A stretch of 64,000 bases of DNA, from the NCBI GenBank assembly GCA_002331145.1, contig DCYT01000001.1, positions 223,697 to 287,696 on the forward strand, given 5' to 3'. The notes under the pieces were generated by a model. The model was not told the origin of the DNA, did not search any database, and saw only the letters and a list, made by a program, of their open reading frames with translations. The stretch is from Candidatus Minusculum obligatum (GTDB taxonomy: Bacteria; Patescibacteriota; Minisyncoccia; Phycocordibacterales; Phycocordibacteraceae). A program made the translations under genes and the position numbers. Position 1 is the first letter of the stretch. Each line of letters begins with the position of its first letter. Positions 28,086 to 37,324 of this stretch are shown in pieces.

Positions 28086-30851
28086 CTAACCACTACAGCT
28101 TTCGCATACATTGTACTGAGGCTTCTCAGGAGCTTGAACTTGTACTTTTGGCTCTTCAGTTTTTACCTCCTCGTCTCCCAAATTCTCAACCTTTGCAGAA
28201 AGACTTCGCACATAATAAACCGTCTTAATTCCCTTCTCCCATGACTGCACATAATATTCGTACAGATTTTGAGGACTGGTGTTCTCTGGATTGATCATCC
28301 ACTCAAAACTAATTGACTGGTCAATCCATTGATAAATTTCCGCGATAAGGTCAATAACATCCTTCATATCAAGACTGATGTACTCCTTGTAGTACGGGAA
28401 GTTATCTTTATCTAGCTGTGGTGCAACACGAATTGTTGGAGATGAAAGATTATTCTCTACAAAGAATCGCTTGTAGATTGGAAGAAGCGCTGCTGTTGTT
28501 CCAACCACTCCAGCTGTTGAGGTATTTGGCGCAGGACCAGTATGGTACCCAAACCTAAATCCAGTTGTGGTCATATCAGCAAAGAGATCTTCCCACCCCT
28601 GGGCTCGTCCAGTATTTTCTACATACCACTGCTTATCTCTTCCAAGCAATATTCCCTTACTAAACTGACTTCCAGGATATAGCTCATAGTGTCCTCGCTC
28701 CTTTGCAAGATCAGCACTTGCTCGGTACATGTGATATGAGTACCGCTCAAATAGCTTATTCACCTCCTTCTTGGCATCCTCTGAGTCATATGCAATATGA
28801 TTTGTTGCCAAATACTCTGCAAGTCCCAAATACCCTACTCCTACAGGACGATATCGCTTTGCCGTTCGCTCAGCTTCCTTGATTGGATAGTAATTAAGGG
28901 TAATAACATTATCCAGTGCCCGCATTAGAGTTGGATATACTCGCGCAACAGTCTTCTCATCATTTACCTTCGCAACATTAACTGATGCAAGATTACACAC
29001 CACGGTATCTCCCGCCTTGTACTTTAGAGTGATGGTTCCATCCTCATGAGACTCTTCCTCAAACTTTGAAGGTGAAGTGTTCTGGCAAATCTCAGTACAC
29101 AGCTGTGTTGAATATACATTTCCAGCATGCTGGTTTGGATTTAGTCGATTTACTGTATCTCGGAAGAACACGTATGGCATTCCTGTCTCCACTACAGTCT
29201 TAAGATGTTTCTTGAAGAGATCTTTCGCACTTACGCTCTTCTTAAGCTTCAGACGATCATCCCTCTCACACTCCTCATAAAATTCATCGAACTCTTTCCC
29301 AAAAGAATCTTGCAGCCGCTTTCCATAAAACTTTTCAATCTCGTGTGGATCAAAGAGTGTCCATTCTCCATTCTCTTTCATACGACGCATGAAAATATCT
29401 GGAACAGAGATTGCTGGGAAGATATCAAAAGCCTTGTTTCGAATATCTCCTGTTTCAGTTTGAAGATCTAGGAAATCATAAATATCCCGATGCCACATAT
29501 CGAGCGTTACAGAAATAGCACCCATACGAGCACCAAGCTGATTTACTGCTACACCAGTGTCGTTAATAACTTTGATCCAAGGATTAACTCCACCTGAAGC
29601 TTTCTCTACACCTCGAATAGAAGCCTCTCGAGAGCGGATATTTCCCCAGTACATTCCTACTCCTCCTCCAAACTTAGAGATCTGCGCCACATTCTCAATA
29701 GCGTGGTAGATAGCACGTAGATCATCATCTACGTTTAGCTTGAAGCAGCTTGAAAGCTGGTGATAGTTTGTCCGTGAATTAAGGAGAGTTGGTGTAGGAA
29801 GTGACACTAACTGATTTGCACATGCGTCATATAGCTTAAATGCAAATTGGAGTCTATTCTCGCTAGCTTCCGGGATAGCCAAGAATAGGGCTACAGACAT
29901 GTACATTTCCTGTGGTGTCTCCTTCACTACACCATTTGGATTAAGGAGATATCGCTTTGTTAGAGAAAGTACTGTTGTGTACTGATAACTATCATCATAA
30001 CTTTGCTTTAGATATCTCCCCGCCTTCTTGATGTCATCTTTTGTGTAGTACTTGAAGAAATCTTTATAATAAAGTCCGCTCTCTACATACTCCTCAAAGA
30101 GTGCGAGGTAACTCTCATCTGTATATAGATCCTTAATTGAAATTCCTCGATTCTTTGTCGCCTTCTTATATACATTCTCAAGCAAGATACGTGCGGCAAT
30201 ATGTTGCCACCATGTATTTTCAATTGTCACCATATCAATCGCTGTTTTGATCATGAAGCGATTGATATCTTTTGTCTCGATATCATTTGCAAGATTTCGC
30301 TTAAACGCCTCTAGGAAATCTTCAAAATGACATTTGTTTTCATACCCACGGCACGCACGATTAAACACCTTTCGTATTTTATGGAGCTCAAATGTCTGCT
30401 GCTCCCCACCTGTTTTCTTTACACTAAGTTTTTTCTCTTCAAGCTGTGCTAGAAGATCATAGTGCTTGTTTTTTCGAGCTTGTGTTCTCTCATCTCGATA
30501 CAAAATATAGTGCTTTGCAATATTAAATTGCTTTGATTTCATCAAAGTCTCCTCTACTGCATCCTGCACCTGCTCAACGGTTAGAAGTTTTACTCCATTT
30601 GCATGTGCATCACGCTCAAGATTGAGCAATAGCTCATCAACAAGTCCTGGGATGAAAGATACGTCATCCACTGCAACTGCCGTACACGCCTTTTCTATAG
30701 CCTCTTCAATCCTCTTCCGATTAAACGGAACTACACGTCCGTCACGCTTCTCGATATTCGCAAGAACAGGATCTTGCGCGGTAATTCGTGGTCCTTCTGC
30801 GCTACTTGGGGGAGTTCCTGTAGCAACTTTGGTCGGCAGTTTGTTGTCCAT
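28086..30851 (-). CDS. nrdA: class I ribonucleotide reductase alpha subunit with two ATP-cone-like domains
   Basis: IEKRDGR ATP cone, QLSSCF, QLCTEI, CNLAS, KTVYYVR, C-terminal CESCSG. Confidence 0.95.
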   Translation of the reverse strand: MDNKLPTKVATGTPPSSAEGPRITAQDPVLANIEKRDGRVVPFNRKRIEEAIEKACTAVAVDDVSFIPGLVDELLLNLERDAHANGVKLLTVEQVQDAVEETLMKSKQFNIAKHYILYRDERTQARKNKHYDLLAQLEEKKLSVKKTGGEQQTFELHKIRKVFNRACRGYENKCHFEDFLEAFKRNLANDIETKDINRFMIKTAIDMVTIENTWWQHIAARILLENVYKKATKNRGISIKDLYTDESYLALFEEYVESGLYYKDFFKYYTKDDIKKAGRYLKQSYDDSYQYTTVLSLTKRYLLNPNGVVKETPQEMYMSVALFLAIPEASENRLQFAFKLYDACANQLVSLPTPTLLNSRTNYHQLSSCFKLNVDDDLRAIYHAIENVAQISKFGGGVGMYWGNIRSREASIRGVEKASGGVNPWIKVINDTGVAVNQLGARMGAISVTLDMWHRDIYDFLDLQTETGDIRNKAFDIFPAISVPDIFMRRMKENGEWTLFDPHEIEKFYGKRLQDSFGKEFDEFYEECERDDRLKLKKSVSAKDLFKKHLKTVVETGMPYVFFRDTVNRLNPNQHAGNVYSTQLCTEICQNTSPSKFEEESHEDGTITLKYKAGDTVVCNLASVNVAKVNDEKTVARVYPTLMRALDNVITLNYYPIKEAERTAKRYRPVGVGYLGLAEYLATNHIAYDSEDAKKEVNKLFERYSYHMYRASADLAKERGHYELYPGSQFSKGILLGRDKQWYVENTGRAQGWEDLFADMTTTGFRFGYHTGPAPNTSTAGVVGTTAALLPIYKRFFVENNLSSPTIRVAPQLDKDNFPYYKEYISLDMKDVIDLIAEIYQWIDQSISFEWMINPENTSPQNLYEYYVQSWEKGIKTVYYVRSLSAKVENLGDEEVKTEEPKVQVQAPEKPQYNVCESCSG

Positions 30852-31027
30852 AGAAAAAATGATTATCCTAAATTACTAATTTTTGTGCAGGTGTCCTTCT
30901 ATAGAACTGCACAAAGCTCACTACAGAATTATACAGACCAGGACACCATGATCCCTGTGGATATCCTTCAAAAAGTTCACTCTGAAACACTTTTTGCTAC
31001 GTAGACAACCCCCTCCAAATCTCGCTG

Positions 31028-31060
31028 CTCCACTAAGGGCCCAAATAGAAAACACTCGGG
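31028..31060 (-). terminator. terminator downstream of rnpB
   Basis: GAAAACACTCGGG-tttta-TCCCGAGTGTTTTC inverted repeat. Confidence 0.7.
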
Positions 31061-31087
31061 TTTTATCCCGAGTGTTTTCATTTTTAT

Positions 31088-31407
31088 ATCGTGGCTATAA
31101 GCCGGATTCTGTAATAAGAGTTTACACTCTTACCGACAGTTATTTACCTTGCCTTTATGTTGCCATAAAGATCTTTGCGGCACTCTCCATAAAATGGAGT
31201 ACGGCCTTGCACGTAGGTAGGAATTTTGCCGTTTCACCCATATGTCTCCACATGATTATTCCCGAGGGAACCCATTGCATCTCTGCGCTGGCGTCACTGC
31301 TCGCATCCCTAAGATTGCTCTCGACGGGCGTTACCCGCTACCCTGCTACAGAACAAGTCTGTACGTGTCCGGACTTTCCTCACAAAAGCGCAACTGTCCA
31401 CCACGAC
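31088..31407 (-). ncRNA. rnpB: RNase P RNA
   Basis: Minus strand GAGGAAAGTCCGGAC near the 5' end, GGGTGAAACGG, ACAGAATCCGGCTTA near the 3' end, P1 GTCGTGG/CCACGAT. Confidence 0.95.
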
Positions 31408-31424
31408 AAAAAAGATTATACAAC

Positions 31425-31922
31425 TTATTGGCTAAATAGTCCACCAAAGTTAAATACTGCTGGACGGTATGAGATAAGCTTCAACTTTATTCCATCTTTA
31501 ATGCCATGTCCCTCAATAAAACCAACATTAGTCTCTAGCACATAGCGTGCCTCTATTGGAGGATAGAAAATCTTTGGGTAGGTATCTGGGCTTATATCAT
31601 TCTTCCAGTACACCACTCGCAGGTTCTCATCTAGCCACATAATATCTATAGGAAACTTCATTCCCTTCATCCAGATTCCATACTTTTCATTCTCTGGAAA
31701 CACAAAAAGGAGTCCATGATTTTGTGGAAGAGATTCAAGACCCGAGAGCCCTTGAGATCGCGTCTCTTCAGTATTTGCAATCGCCACCTTAAGTGGAGAG
31801 TTGTTGATATACGCATAATAGATACGCGTACTATCCAATTGCTGATTGAACATTGTAGATCCTACATACAAGAAGAATCCCCCAAATGCTGCAATCAATA
31901 CTGCGTAGAGAACTATTTTCAT
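31425..31922 (-). CDS. DUF192 family protein
   Basis: RSQGLSG, GLLFVF, IWMKGMKFPIDIMWLD, YVLE. Confidence 0.9.
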   Translation of the reverse strand: MKIVLYAVLIAAFGGFFLYVGSTMFNQQLDSTRIYYAYINNSPLKVAIANTEETRSQGLSGLESLPQNHGLLFVFPENEKYGIWMKGMKFPIDIMWLDENLRVVYWKNDISPDTYPKIFYPPIEARYVLETNVGFIEGHGIKDGIKLKLISYRPAVFNFGGLFSQ

Positions 31923-31958
31923 CTAAACATTTAGTATAAGTAACGAATTTAGTATACC

Positions 31959-32345
31959 TCACTCACTTACCTCTCCATCGAAGTGTTCATGCATTTCGTC
32001 AGCCTTTGTTTTATGAACTATTCCGTGTTTATGCTCTGGTGGAGTATAGACAGAGTAAAGCTTCATAACCTCCTCTCCTGTATTTAAAACATTATGAGAT
32101 GCGCCAGCAGGAATCACTACCGCAAAATCGTCTTCAACATCATGTCCTACTCCATCAATTACAACTTTCCCAGAACCTTGTTCAAAACGAATAAACTGGT
32201 CAAGGTCGTGAACCTCTTCTCCAATCTCGTCTCCAGACTCAATTGCCATTAGTACTAATTGACTATTTTTCGTCGTGTAGAGAACTCGACGGTATTGAGT
32301 ATTTTCTAGCGTTTCCTTTTCAATATTTAATACGTATCCTTTCAT
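31959..32345 (-). CDS. cupin domain protein
   Basis: QLVLM, EIGEEVH..DQFIRFEQG, IPAGASHNV, LYSVYTPPEH. Confidence 0.9.
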   Translation of the reverse strand: MKGYVLNIEKETLENTQYRRVLYTTKNSQLVLMAIESGDEIGEEVHDLDQFIRFEQGSGKVVIDGVGHDVEDDFAVVIPAGASHNVLNTGEEVMKLYSVYTPPEHKHGIVHKTKADEMHEHFDGEVSE

Positions 32346-32412
32346 TGTCTGTAAGTATATCAAAAACGAGAAGAGGGTGATCAAGATAGACCACCCTCGT
32401 CCGAGATGCAGA

Positions 32413-32457
32413 TCACCTCGCTTTCGTAGTTGGCGTTGACATCAGGGAATTTGCCAT
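32413..32457 (-). other. micro-cassette: 14-codon ORF (MANSLMSTPTTKAR) or ~120-nt sRNA
   Basis: TATAAT at 32495-32500 (minus), AGGAGGTG, terminator GAGGGTGGTC-tatctt-GATCACCCTC ~32373-32398. Confidence 0.45.
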
Positions 32458-32527
32458 AGTTTATATTTTCACCTCCTACGTTGAACCTAGCTTAATTATA
32501 CAAAACCACCCCACCAAAAGAGATAAG

Positions 32528-33415
32528 TTATCCCCGTAATGCTTTCACCCTCTCTTCAATTGGTGGATGTGTAGAGAATAGCTTTGCCATATGCTTCCCT
32601 GCTTTTGCAGATCCAAATGGATTGCTAATAAAAAGATGAGCTGTTGCGTTATTTGCTCGCTTCATAGGAGCTTTGTGCCCTCCGATTTTCTCTAGCGCAG
32701 ATGCCAATCCCTCAGGATACCGGGTCATAAGACCTGCTGATGCATCAGCTAGAAATTCCCGCTTTCTTGATACTGCCAAGTGAATAAGCTGTGCTGCAAT
32801 AGGAGCCAGGATTGCAAATACAATTCCGGCAATAGCAATTGCGCCATTTCCTCCTCGATCGTTACCTTTCATTCCCCCATAGAATGTCATTCGCATAAAC
32901 ATATCAGCAAGGATTGTAATGAACCCAAGGAGGACAACCGTTACGGTCATAACAAGCATGTCTTTGTTTTTGATATGAGAGAGTTCGTGAGCTATTACCC
33001 CCTCAAGCTCATTTTTCTCAAGCATAGAGACAAGTCCTGTTGTAACTGCAACAACCGCATGCTTCTCATCCCTTCCTGTAGCAAAAGCATTAGGAGCGGA
33101 ATCTTCAATAATATAAAGCCTTGGCATTGGAAGACCTGCTGCAATTGAGAGGTTCTCTGTAATATTCCACAAATCAAAGTACTCTTCTCGAGTTACTTTC
33201 TTTGCTCCATTCATAGAAAGCGCGATCTTGTCTGAGAACCAAAAGCTTCCCACATTCATAAAGAGCGCAAAAGCTACCGCAATAAAGAGAAGGTATTGCG
33301 CATCATAATAGTATGAGAAGAACCATCCGATACCAATCACCACCAAAGCAAACGTGATCATTAACATCCACGTTTTGTACACATTTTTGCTTTGTTGACT
33401 ATACAGTGATGCCAT
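32528..33415 (-). CDS. htpX: zinc metalloprotease HtpX
   Basis: PNAFATG, HELSH, SRKREFLAD, FSTHPP. Confidence 0.95.
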   Translation of the reverse strand: MASLYSQQSKNVYKTWMLMITFALVVIGIGWFFSYYYDAQYLLFIAVAFALFMNVGSFWFSDKIALSMNGAKKVTREEYFDLWNITENLSIAAGLPMPRLYIIEDSAPNAFATGRDEKHAVVAVTTGLVSMLEKNELEGVIAHELSHIKNKDMLVMTVTVVLLGFITILADMFMRMTFYGGMKGNDRGGNGAIAIAGIVFAILAPIAAQLIHLAVSRKREFLADASAGLMTRYPEGLASALEKIGGHKAPMKRANNATAHLFISNPFGSAKAGKHMAKLFSTHPPIEERVKALRG

Positions 33416-33458
33416 GGTGTGATATTATACTTTGATCGTTCTTTAAAGGGAGGGTTGT

Positions 33459-33548
33459 ATGGATCCCGCTGTCTACATTATTGTGGGACTCACAGGTCTC
33501 GCACTTGCAATCGCGATCTACAATGTACTTCGCGGAAACTCAACCTAA
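33459..33548 (+). CDS. 29-aa single-TM microprotein (MDPAVYIIVGLTGLALAIAIYNVLRGNST)
   Basis: TATACT box, SD GGGAGGG 33448-33454, terminator GGGCGCACT...AGTGCGCCC-TTTTT after the stop. Confidence 0.65.
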   Translation: MDPAVYIIVGLTGLALAIAIYNVLRGNST

Positions 33549-33584
33549 GGGGGCGCACTATCATTTCAGTGCGCCCTTTTTCAA

Positions 33585-34139
33585 TTAGATAGAAACCTTT
33601 ACGGGGTCCTTTGCTGCCTCTTCCTCTAGCTCAAAGAACTCTCGTGGAGAAAATCCAAGAATTCCAGCAATCATATTTGTTGGGAATACTTCAAGAGCAG
33701 TATTCAGGTCTCGTACCACAGTGTTGTAGAAACGTCGTGCTGCCTGAATCTTATTCTCAGTGTCAGTTAGTTCATTCTGAAGATTAAGGAAGTTCTCATT
33801 TGCTTTAAGGTCTGGATACGCCTCAGATACTGCAAATAGAGACTTTAGTGCTCCGCTAAGCATATTCTCAGCTGCTCCTTGCTCTGCTGCTCCATCTGCC
33901 TGCATTGCAGCACTTCGAGCCTTTGTTACCTCCTCAAACACAGACTTCTCATGTGCCGCATACCCCTTTACTGTTTCTACAAGATTGGGAATAAGGTCAT
34001 ATCGACGCTTAAGTTGCACATCGATGTCAGCCCACGCTTCTTTCCCTCGATTTACCAAAGAAACAAGCTTATTAAAGGTCCCAATTACCCAAAGAATAAT
34101 AACTACAGCTACTCCTAGTACTATATATAGTGGTGTCAT
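33585..34139 (-). CDS. lemA: LemA family protein
   Basis: IDVQLKRRYDLIPNLVETVKGYA.HE, EAYPDLKA, ARRFYN. Confidence 0.95.
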   Translation of the reverse strand: MTPLYIVLGVAVVIILWVIGTFNKLVSLVNRGKEAWADIDVQLKRRYDLIPNLVETVKGYAAHEKSVFEEVTKARSAAMQADGAAEQGAAENMLSGALKSLFAVSEAYPDLKANENFLNLQNELTDTENKIQAARRFYNTVVRDLNTALEVFPTNMIAGILGFSPREFFELEEEAAKDPVKVSI

Positions 34140-34177
34140 ATGCGGGTATTGTACCAAGGTTTGATTTAGGAGCTATA

Positions 34178-34207
34178 TTGACAATGTATATATTTAGGTG
34201 GTATAAT
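34178..34207 (+). promoter_or_regulatory. near-consensus sigma70 promoter
   Basis: TTGACA-18-TATAAT with extended TG. Confidence 0.85.
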
Positions 34208-34239
34208 ACATTTAACGTTGATCTTTACAGGAGGCTCTT

Positions 34240-34473
34240 ATGAGCGACGCAAAAAAAGAAGGTTCCGTCATTGCTTGGTTCCTCATTGCTGGTGCAGGAG
34301 TTCTCTGCGCCATCGTGGGAATCGGAGCATTCGTCACTGACGTGTTCATCATGTCACCGGATCGCCCTGCAGCAGGAATTGGCGGAACAATGCTTCTGTT
34401 CCTCTTCGGAACACTCAGCTGGCTCTGCTGGCACATGCTTCATACGGGCACAGTAAGGCCTGAAGAAAGTTAA
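34240..34473 (+). CDS. 77-aa two-TM small protein (SD cassette)
   Basis: SD GGAGG 34230-34234, two hydrophobic helices, shared terminator 34478-34509. Confidence 0.75.
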   Translation: MSDAKKEGSVIAWFLIAGAGVLCAIVGIGAFVTDVFIMSPDRPAAGIGGTMLLFLFGTLSWLCWHMLHTGTVRPEES

Positions 34474-34477
34474 ACAA

Positions 34478-34509
34478 AACCCCCGGACTCAAATGAGTTC
34501 CGGGGGTTA
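34478..34509. terminator. terminator between convergent cassettes
   Basis: AACCCCCGGACTC-aaat-GAGTTCCGGGGGTT. Confidence 0.75.
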
Positions 34510-34511
34510 CT

Positions 34512-35252
34512 TTATCCTCCAGATGAATATAAAGAGGCAATCTCTTCTGGAGTGACAACAACGGTAACGTTTTCGGAGGCAGGTTCAGATACACTGTACC
34601 CTCCTCCCCAAACCGTTTTAATATAATGATCTCCATTATTCTCTCTTGCCAGCTTCCTGCGAAGTCTGCAAACAAAGACATCAATGACTTTTTCATCAGG
34701 TTCATCCATTCCACCGTACAGATGATCCATTATCACGTCTTTGGATACAACTTTCCCCTTACGCAAGAACAACAGCTCAAGCAGCTTGTACTCTTTCTGA
34801 CTAAGACTTACAGAAACATCCTGAACTGTAATAGCCTTGGACGAAATATCCACATTAATATTCCCAACACTGATAATGTTTTGGACTTGGCCATGCACTC
34901 GCCGCGCTACAGCCCTAACACGAGCAACAAGCTCATTCACATCGCAAGACTTCACAATGTAGTCATCCGCTCCAGCATCAAGACAGGATATTTTATTATC
35001 AATCTCACTATTTCCGCTTAACATCAAAACTGGCGTTTCAATTTTTGCTAAACGCAAACCTCGAACAACATCGAGTCCAGAAATATCTGGCAAACAGAGA
35101 TCGAGAATAATTACGTCGTAATCAAACAACTTTCCAAGATCTAGGCCCTCATCTCCAAGATCGGTTGCATACACATTGAAACCTTCTGACCTAAGATAAA
35201 GCTGCAGTGAGTCAGAAAATGCCTTGTCATCTTCAACAAGAAGTACACGCAT
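34512..35252 (-). CDS. ctrA: CtrA-like OmpR-family response regulator
   Basis: MRVLLVEDD...SEGFNVYATDLGDEGLDLGKLFDYDVIILDL, KEYKLLELLFLRKG, HLYGGMDEP, IDVFVCRLRRKL, TVWG: the diagnostic alphaproteobacterial CtrA blocks; TTGACC-17-TATGTT promoter and AAGGAG SD. Confidence 0.88.
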   Translation of the reverse strand: MRVLLVEDDKAFSDSLQLYLRSEGFNVYATDLGDEGLDLGKLFDYDVIILDLCLPDISGLDVVRGLRLAKIETPVLMLSGNSEIDNKISCLDAGADDYIVKSCDVNELVARVRAVARRVHGQVQNIISVGNINVDISSKAITVQDVSVSLSQKEYKLLELLFLRKGKVVSKDVIMDHLYGGMDEPDEKVIDVFVCRLRRKLARENNGDHYIKTVWGGGYSVSEPASENVTVVVTPEEIASLYSSGG

Positions 35253-35352
35253 TGGTCACTCCTTTCTTTTCTCTATATATGAACATACGCCTTAAAATTA
35301 CCCTGGTCAAACTCTTGCAAACCTCTCATCTCATGGTATCTTGATGCTAACG

Positions 35353-35586
35353 ATGGAAGCAGTAGCTAATATCCTGCCTTACGCGCAGATCATTCTCTCT
35401 ATCCTCCTTATTGTGAGCATCTTGCTGCAACAGCGCGGTGCAAGCATTGGAGGGGCTTTTGGTACTGACAATTTCTCATCTACCTTCTACAAGCGACGAG
35501 GAATTGAAAAAGTGCTATTCCGAGCGACAATTATTCTCGCTATTCTTTTCGTATTATCAGCACTAGTTGCACTATTGATTAAATAA
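35353..35586 (+). CDS. secG: preprotein translocase subunit SecG
   Basis: ILLQQRGASIGGAFG...RRGIEKVLFRAT. Confidence 0.92.
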   Translation: MEAVANILPYAQIILSILLIVSILLQQRGASIGGAFGTDNFSSTFYKRRGIEKVLFRATIILAILFVLSALVALLIK

Positions 35587-35591
35587 ATTCT

Positions 35592-37301
35592 ATGGACGCG
35601 CGACGTCTTCGCGACACTCTTACAAAGGAACGAACAATTCCTTTCACTCAAAAAGCAACTTCAGTCCTTCATTCTCTCTCACATGGAGACAAGGTTATTT
35701 TTTGGATGCTAGCGGGACTCATGGGTCTTGGTGCTATTTTTGCGCTTGGTGAGCTACGGGATCAAATTGTTGAGGTAGTACCAGCACACGGCGGATCACT
35801 AACTGAAGGAGTTGTAGGATCTCCACGATTTGTAAATCCACTCCTTGCCCTCTCTGATACAGACCGAGACCTTGTAGAACTTACCTTTGCAGGACTTATG
35901 GGAGTAGACAAGGAAGGAAACCTTATTCCTGAACTTGCAGAGAGCTACACGCTTTCAGAGGACGGCCTAACATATACTTTTATTATTAAAGAAAGTGCAA
36001 CTTTCCACGATGGAGAGCCTGTAACAGCAGAGGATGTTGCCTTTACCGTTTCAAAACTACAAGACCCGCTTATTAAAAGTCCCAAAATTGCCAACTGGCT
36101 TGGAGTGCAGACAGAGGTGCTCGATATTCGATCTGTCTCATTTACACTAACTGAGCCATACGCACCATTCCTTGAGAATGCAACGCTTGGGATTATCCCA
36201 AAGCATATTTGGAAAGATGTACCGAGCGAAGAGTTCCCCTTCTCACAATTTGTTGTAGAGCCAATTGGAGCAGGCCCATATAAAGTTACAAATGTGCAAA
36301 GGAATAACTCAGGAATTCTAAAAGAGTATAATCTTCGAGCTTTTGATGAATACGCACTTGGGAAGCCCTACATCAACAACATCTCTCTAAAGTTTTACGG
36401 AAATGAGAGCTCACTCCAGAAAGCTCTTGCTCGAGGAGAGATAGAAAGCGCACATTCACTTATTCCAGAGAACCTTCCAAAGGATCTTAAAGTTGTAACA
36501 GGGCCATACCTGCGAGTGTTTGGAGTATTCCTGAATCAAAATGAGAATGAAGTACTTTCAAGCATTGTTGTGCGAAAAGCACTTTCAACATCTCTTGATA
36601 GACAAAAGATTATCGATACGGTACTTTCTGGCTACGGAACACCTCTTACGTCCCCTCTTCCAGGAATTCCAGCTACAACAGTTGAAAATCCTATTGAAGA
36701 GGCAATTGATGTGCTTGAGCGCAACGGCTGGGAATTTAGTGTTGAGAATCGAGTGTGGGAGAAAAAGAATGACAGTATTCGAATTACTCTCCGCACAAGC
36801 AACATTCCTGAACTTGCGCAAACAGCACAGATCATAAAGCAAAGTTTTGAGGCAATTGGAGTGCCCACAAACCTTGAGCTCTATGACACGGGTGAGCTAA
36901 GTCAGGGAGTTATTCGTCCACGAAATTACCAAGGATTGCTCTTTGGTATGGTGCTAGGTCGGGTTCCAGATCTTTACGCATTTTGGCATTCAAGCCAGCG
37001 TAATGATCCGGGTCTTAACGTGGCACTATACGCAAATGTAGATGCAGATGATGCACTTGAACATTTGCGTGAGACACACGATGCGGAAGAAAGAGAAGAA
37101 CATCTAGAGGAGTTTCTTGATGAAGTAGATGCGGACATCCCTGCAATCTTCACCCACGCTCCACAGATGACATATCTTATTCCTCAAAACCTAAACGGTG
37201 TATCACTTCCACCGCTGACAACAGCAAGTGACCGCTTTAGCAATGTACATACGTGGTACAGAGAAACCGAAAAGGTTTGGCCATTTTTAGTACGGGATTA
37301 A
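35592..37301 (+). CDS. peptide ABC transporter substrate-binding protein (family 5)
   Basis: PELAESY..SEDGLTYTF, FHDGEPVTAEDVAFT, PIGAGPY. Confidence 0.9.
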   Translation: MDARRLRDTLTKERTIPFTQKATSVLHSLSHGDKVIFWMLAGLMGLGAIFALGELRDQIVEVVPAHGGSLTEGVVGSPRFVNPLLALSDTDRDLVELTFAGLMGVDKEGNLIPELAESYTLSEDGLTYTFIIKESATFHDGEPVTAEDVAFTVSKLQDPLIKSPKIANWLGVQTEVLDIRSVSFTLTEPYAPFLENATLGIIPKHIWKDVPSEEFPFSQFVVEPIGAGPYKVTNVQRNNSGILKEYNLRAFDEYALGKPYINNISLKFYGNESSLQKALARGEIESAHSLIPENLPKDLKVVTGPYLRVFGVFLNQNENEVLSSIVVRKALSTSLDRQKIIDTVLSGYGTPLTSPLPGIPATTVENPIEEAIDVLERNGWEFSVENRVWEKKNDSIRITLRTSNIPELAQTAQIIKQSFEAIGVPTNLELYDTGELSQGVIRPRNYQGLLFGMVLGRVPDLYAFWHSSQRNDPGLNVALYANVDADDALEHLRETHDAEEREEHLEEFLDEVDADIPAIFTHAPQMTYLIPQNLNGVSLPPLTTASDRFSNVHTWYRETEKVWPFLVRD

Positions 37302-37324
37302 TTAATAAAATTTAGAAAATAGAC

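Noticed and set aside
30994-31545. 183-aa plus-strand ORF
   Set aside because: It is antisense to the RNase P RNA and the DUF192 gene, so it is a shadow ORF.
34512-35252. ctrA as simple contig contamination
   Set aside because: AT-rich codons, a terminator shared with the neighbouring cassette and seamless CPR-type flanks argue for a resident, ameliorated gene; read mapping is still needed to exclude it fully.
19125-35330. CtrA boxes (TTAA-N7-TTAA) upstream of flp, ctrA or other cassettes
   Set aside because: By eye I found none with 7-bp spacing. TTAA pairs at 1991/2004, 44041/44054 and 45526/45539 are 9 bp apart, so there is no support for CtrA regulating these local promoters.
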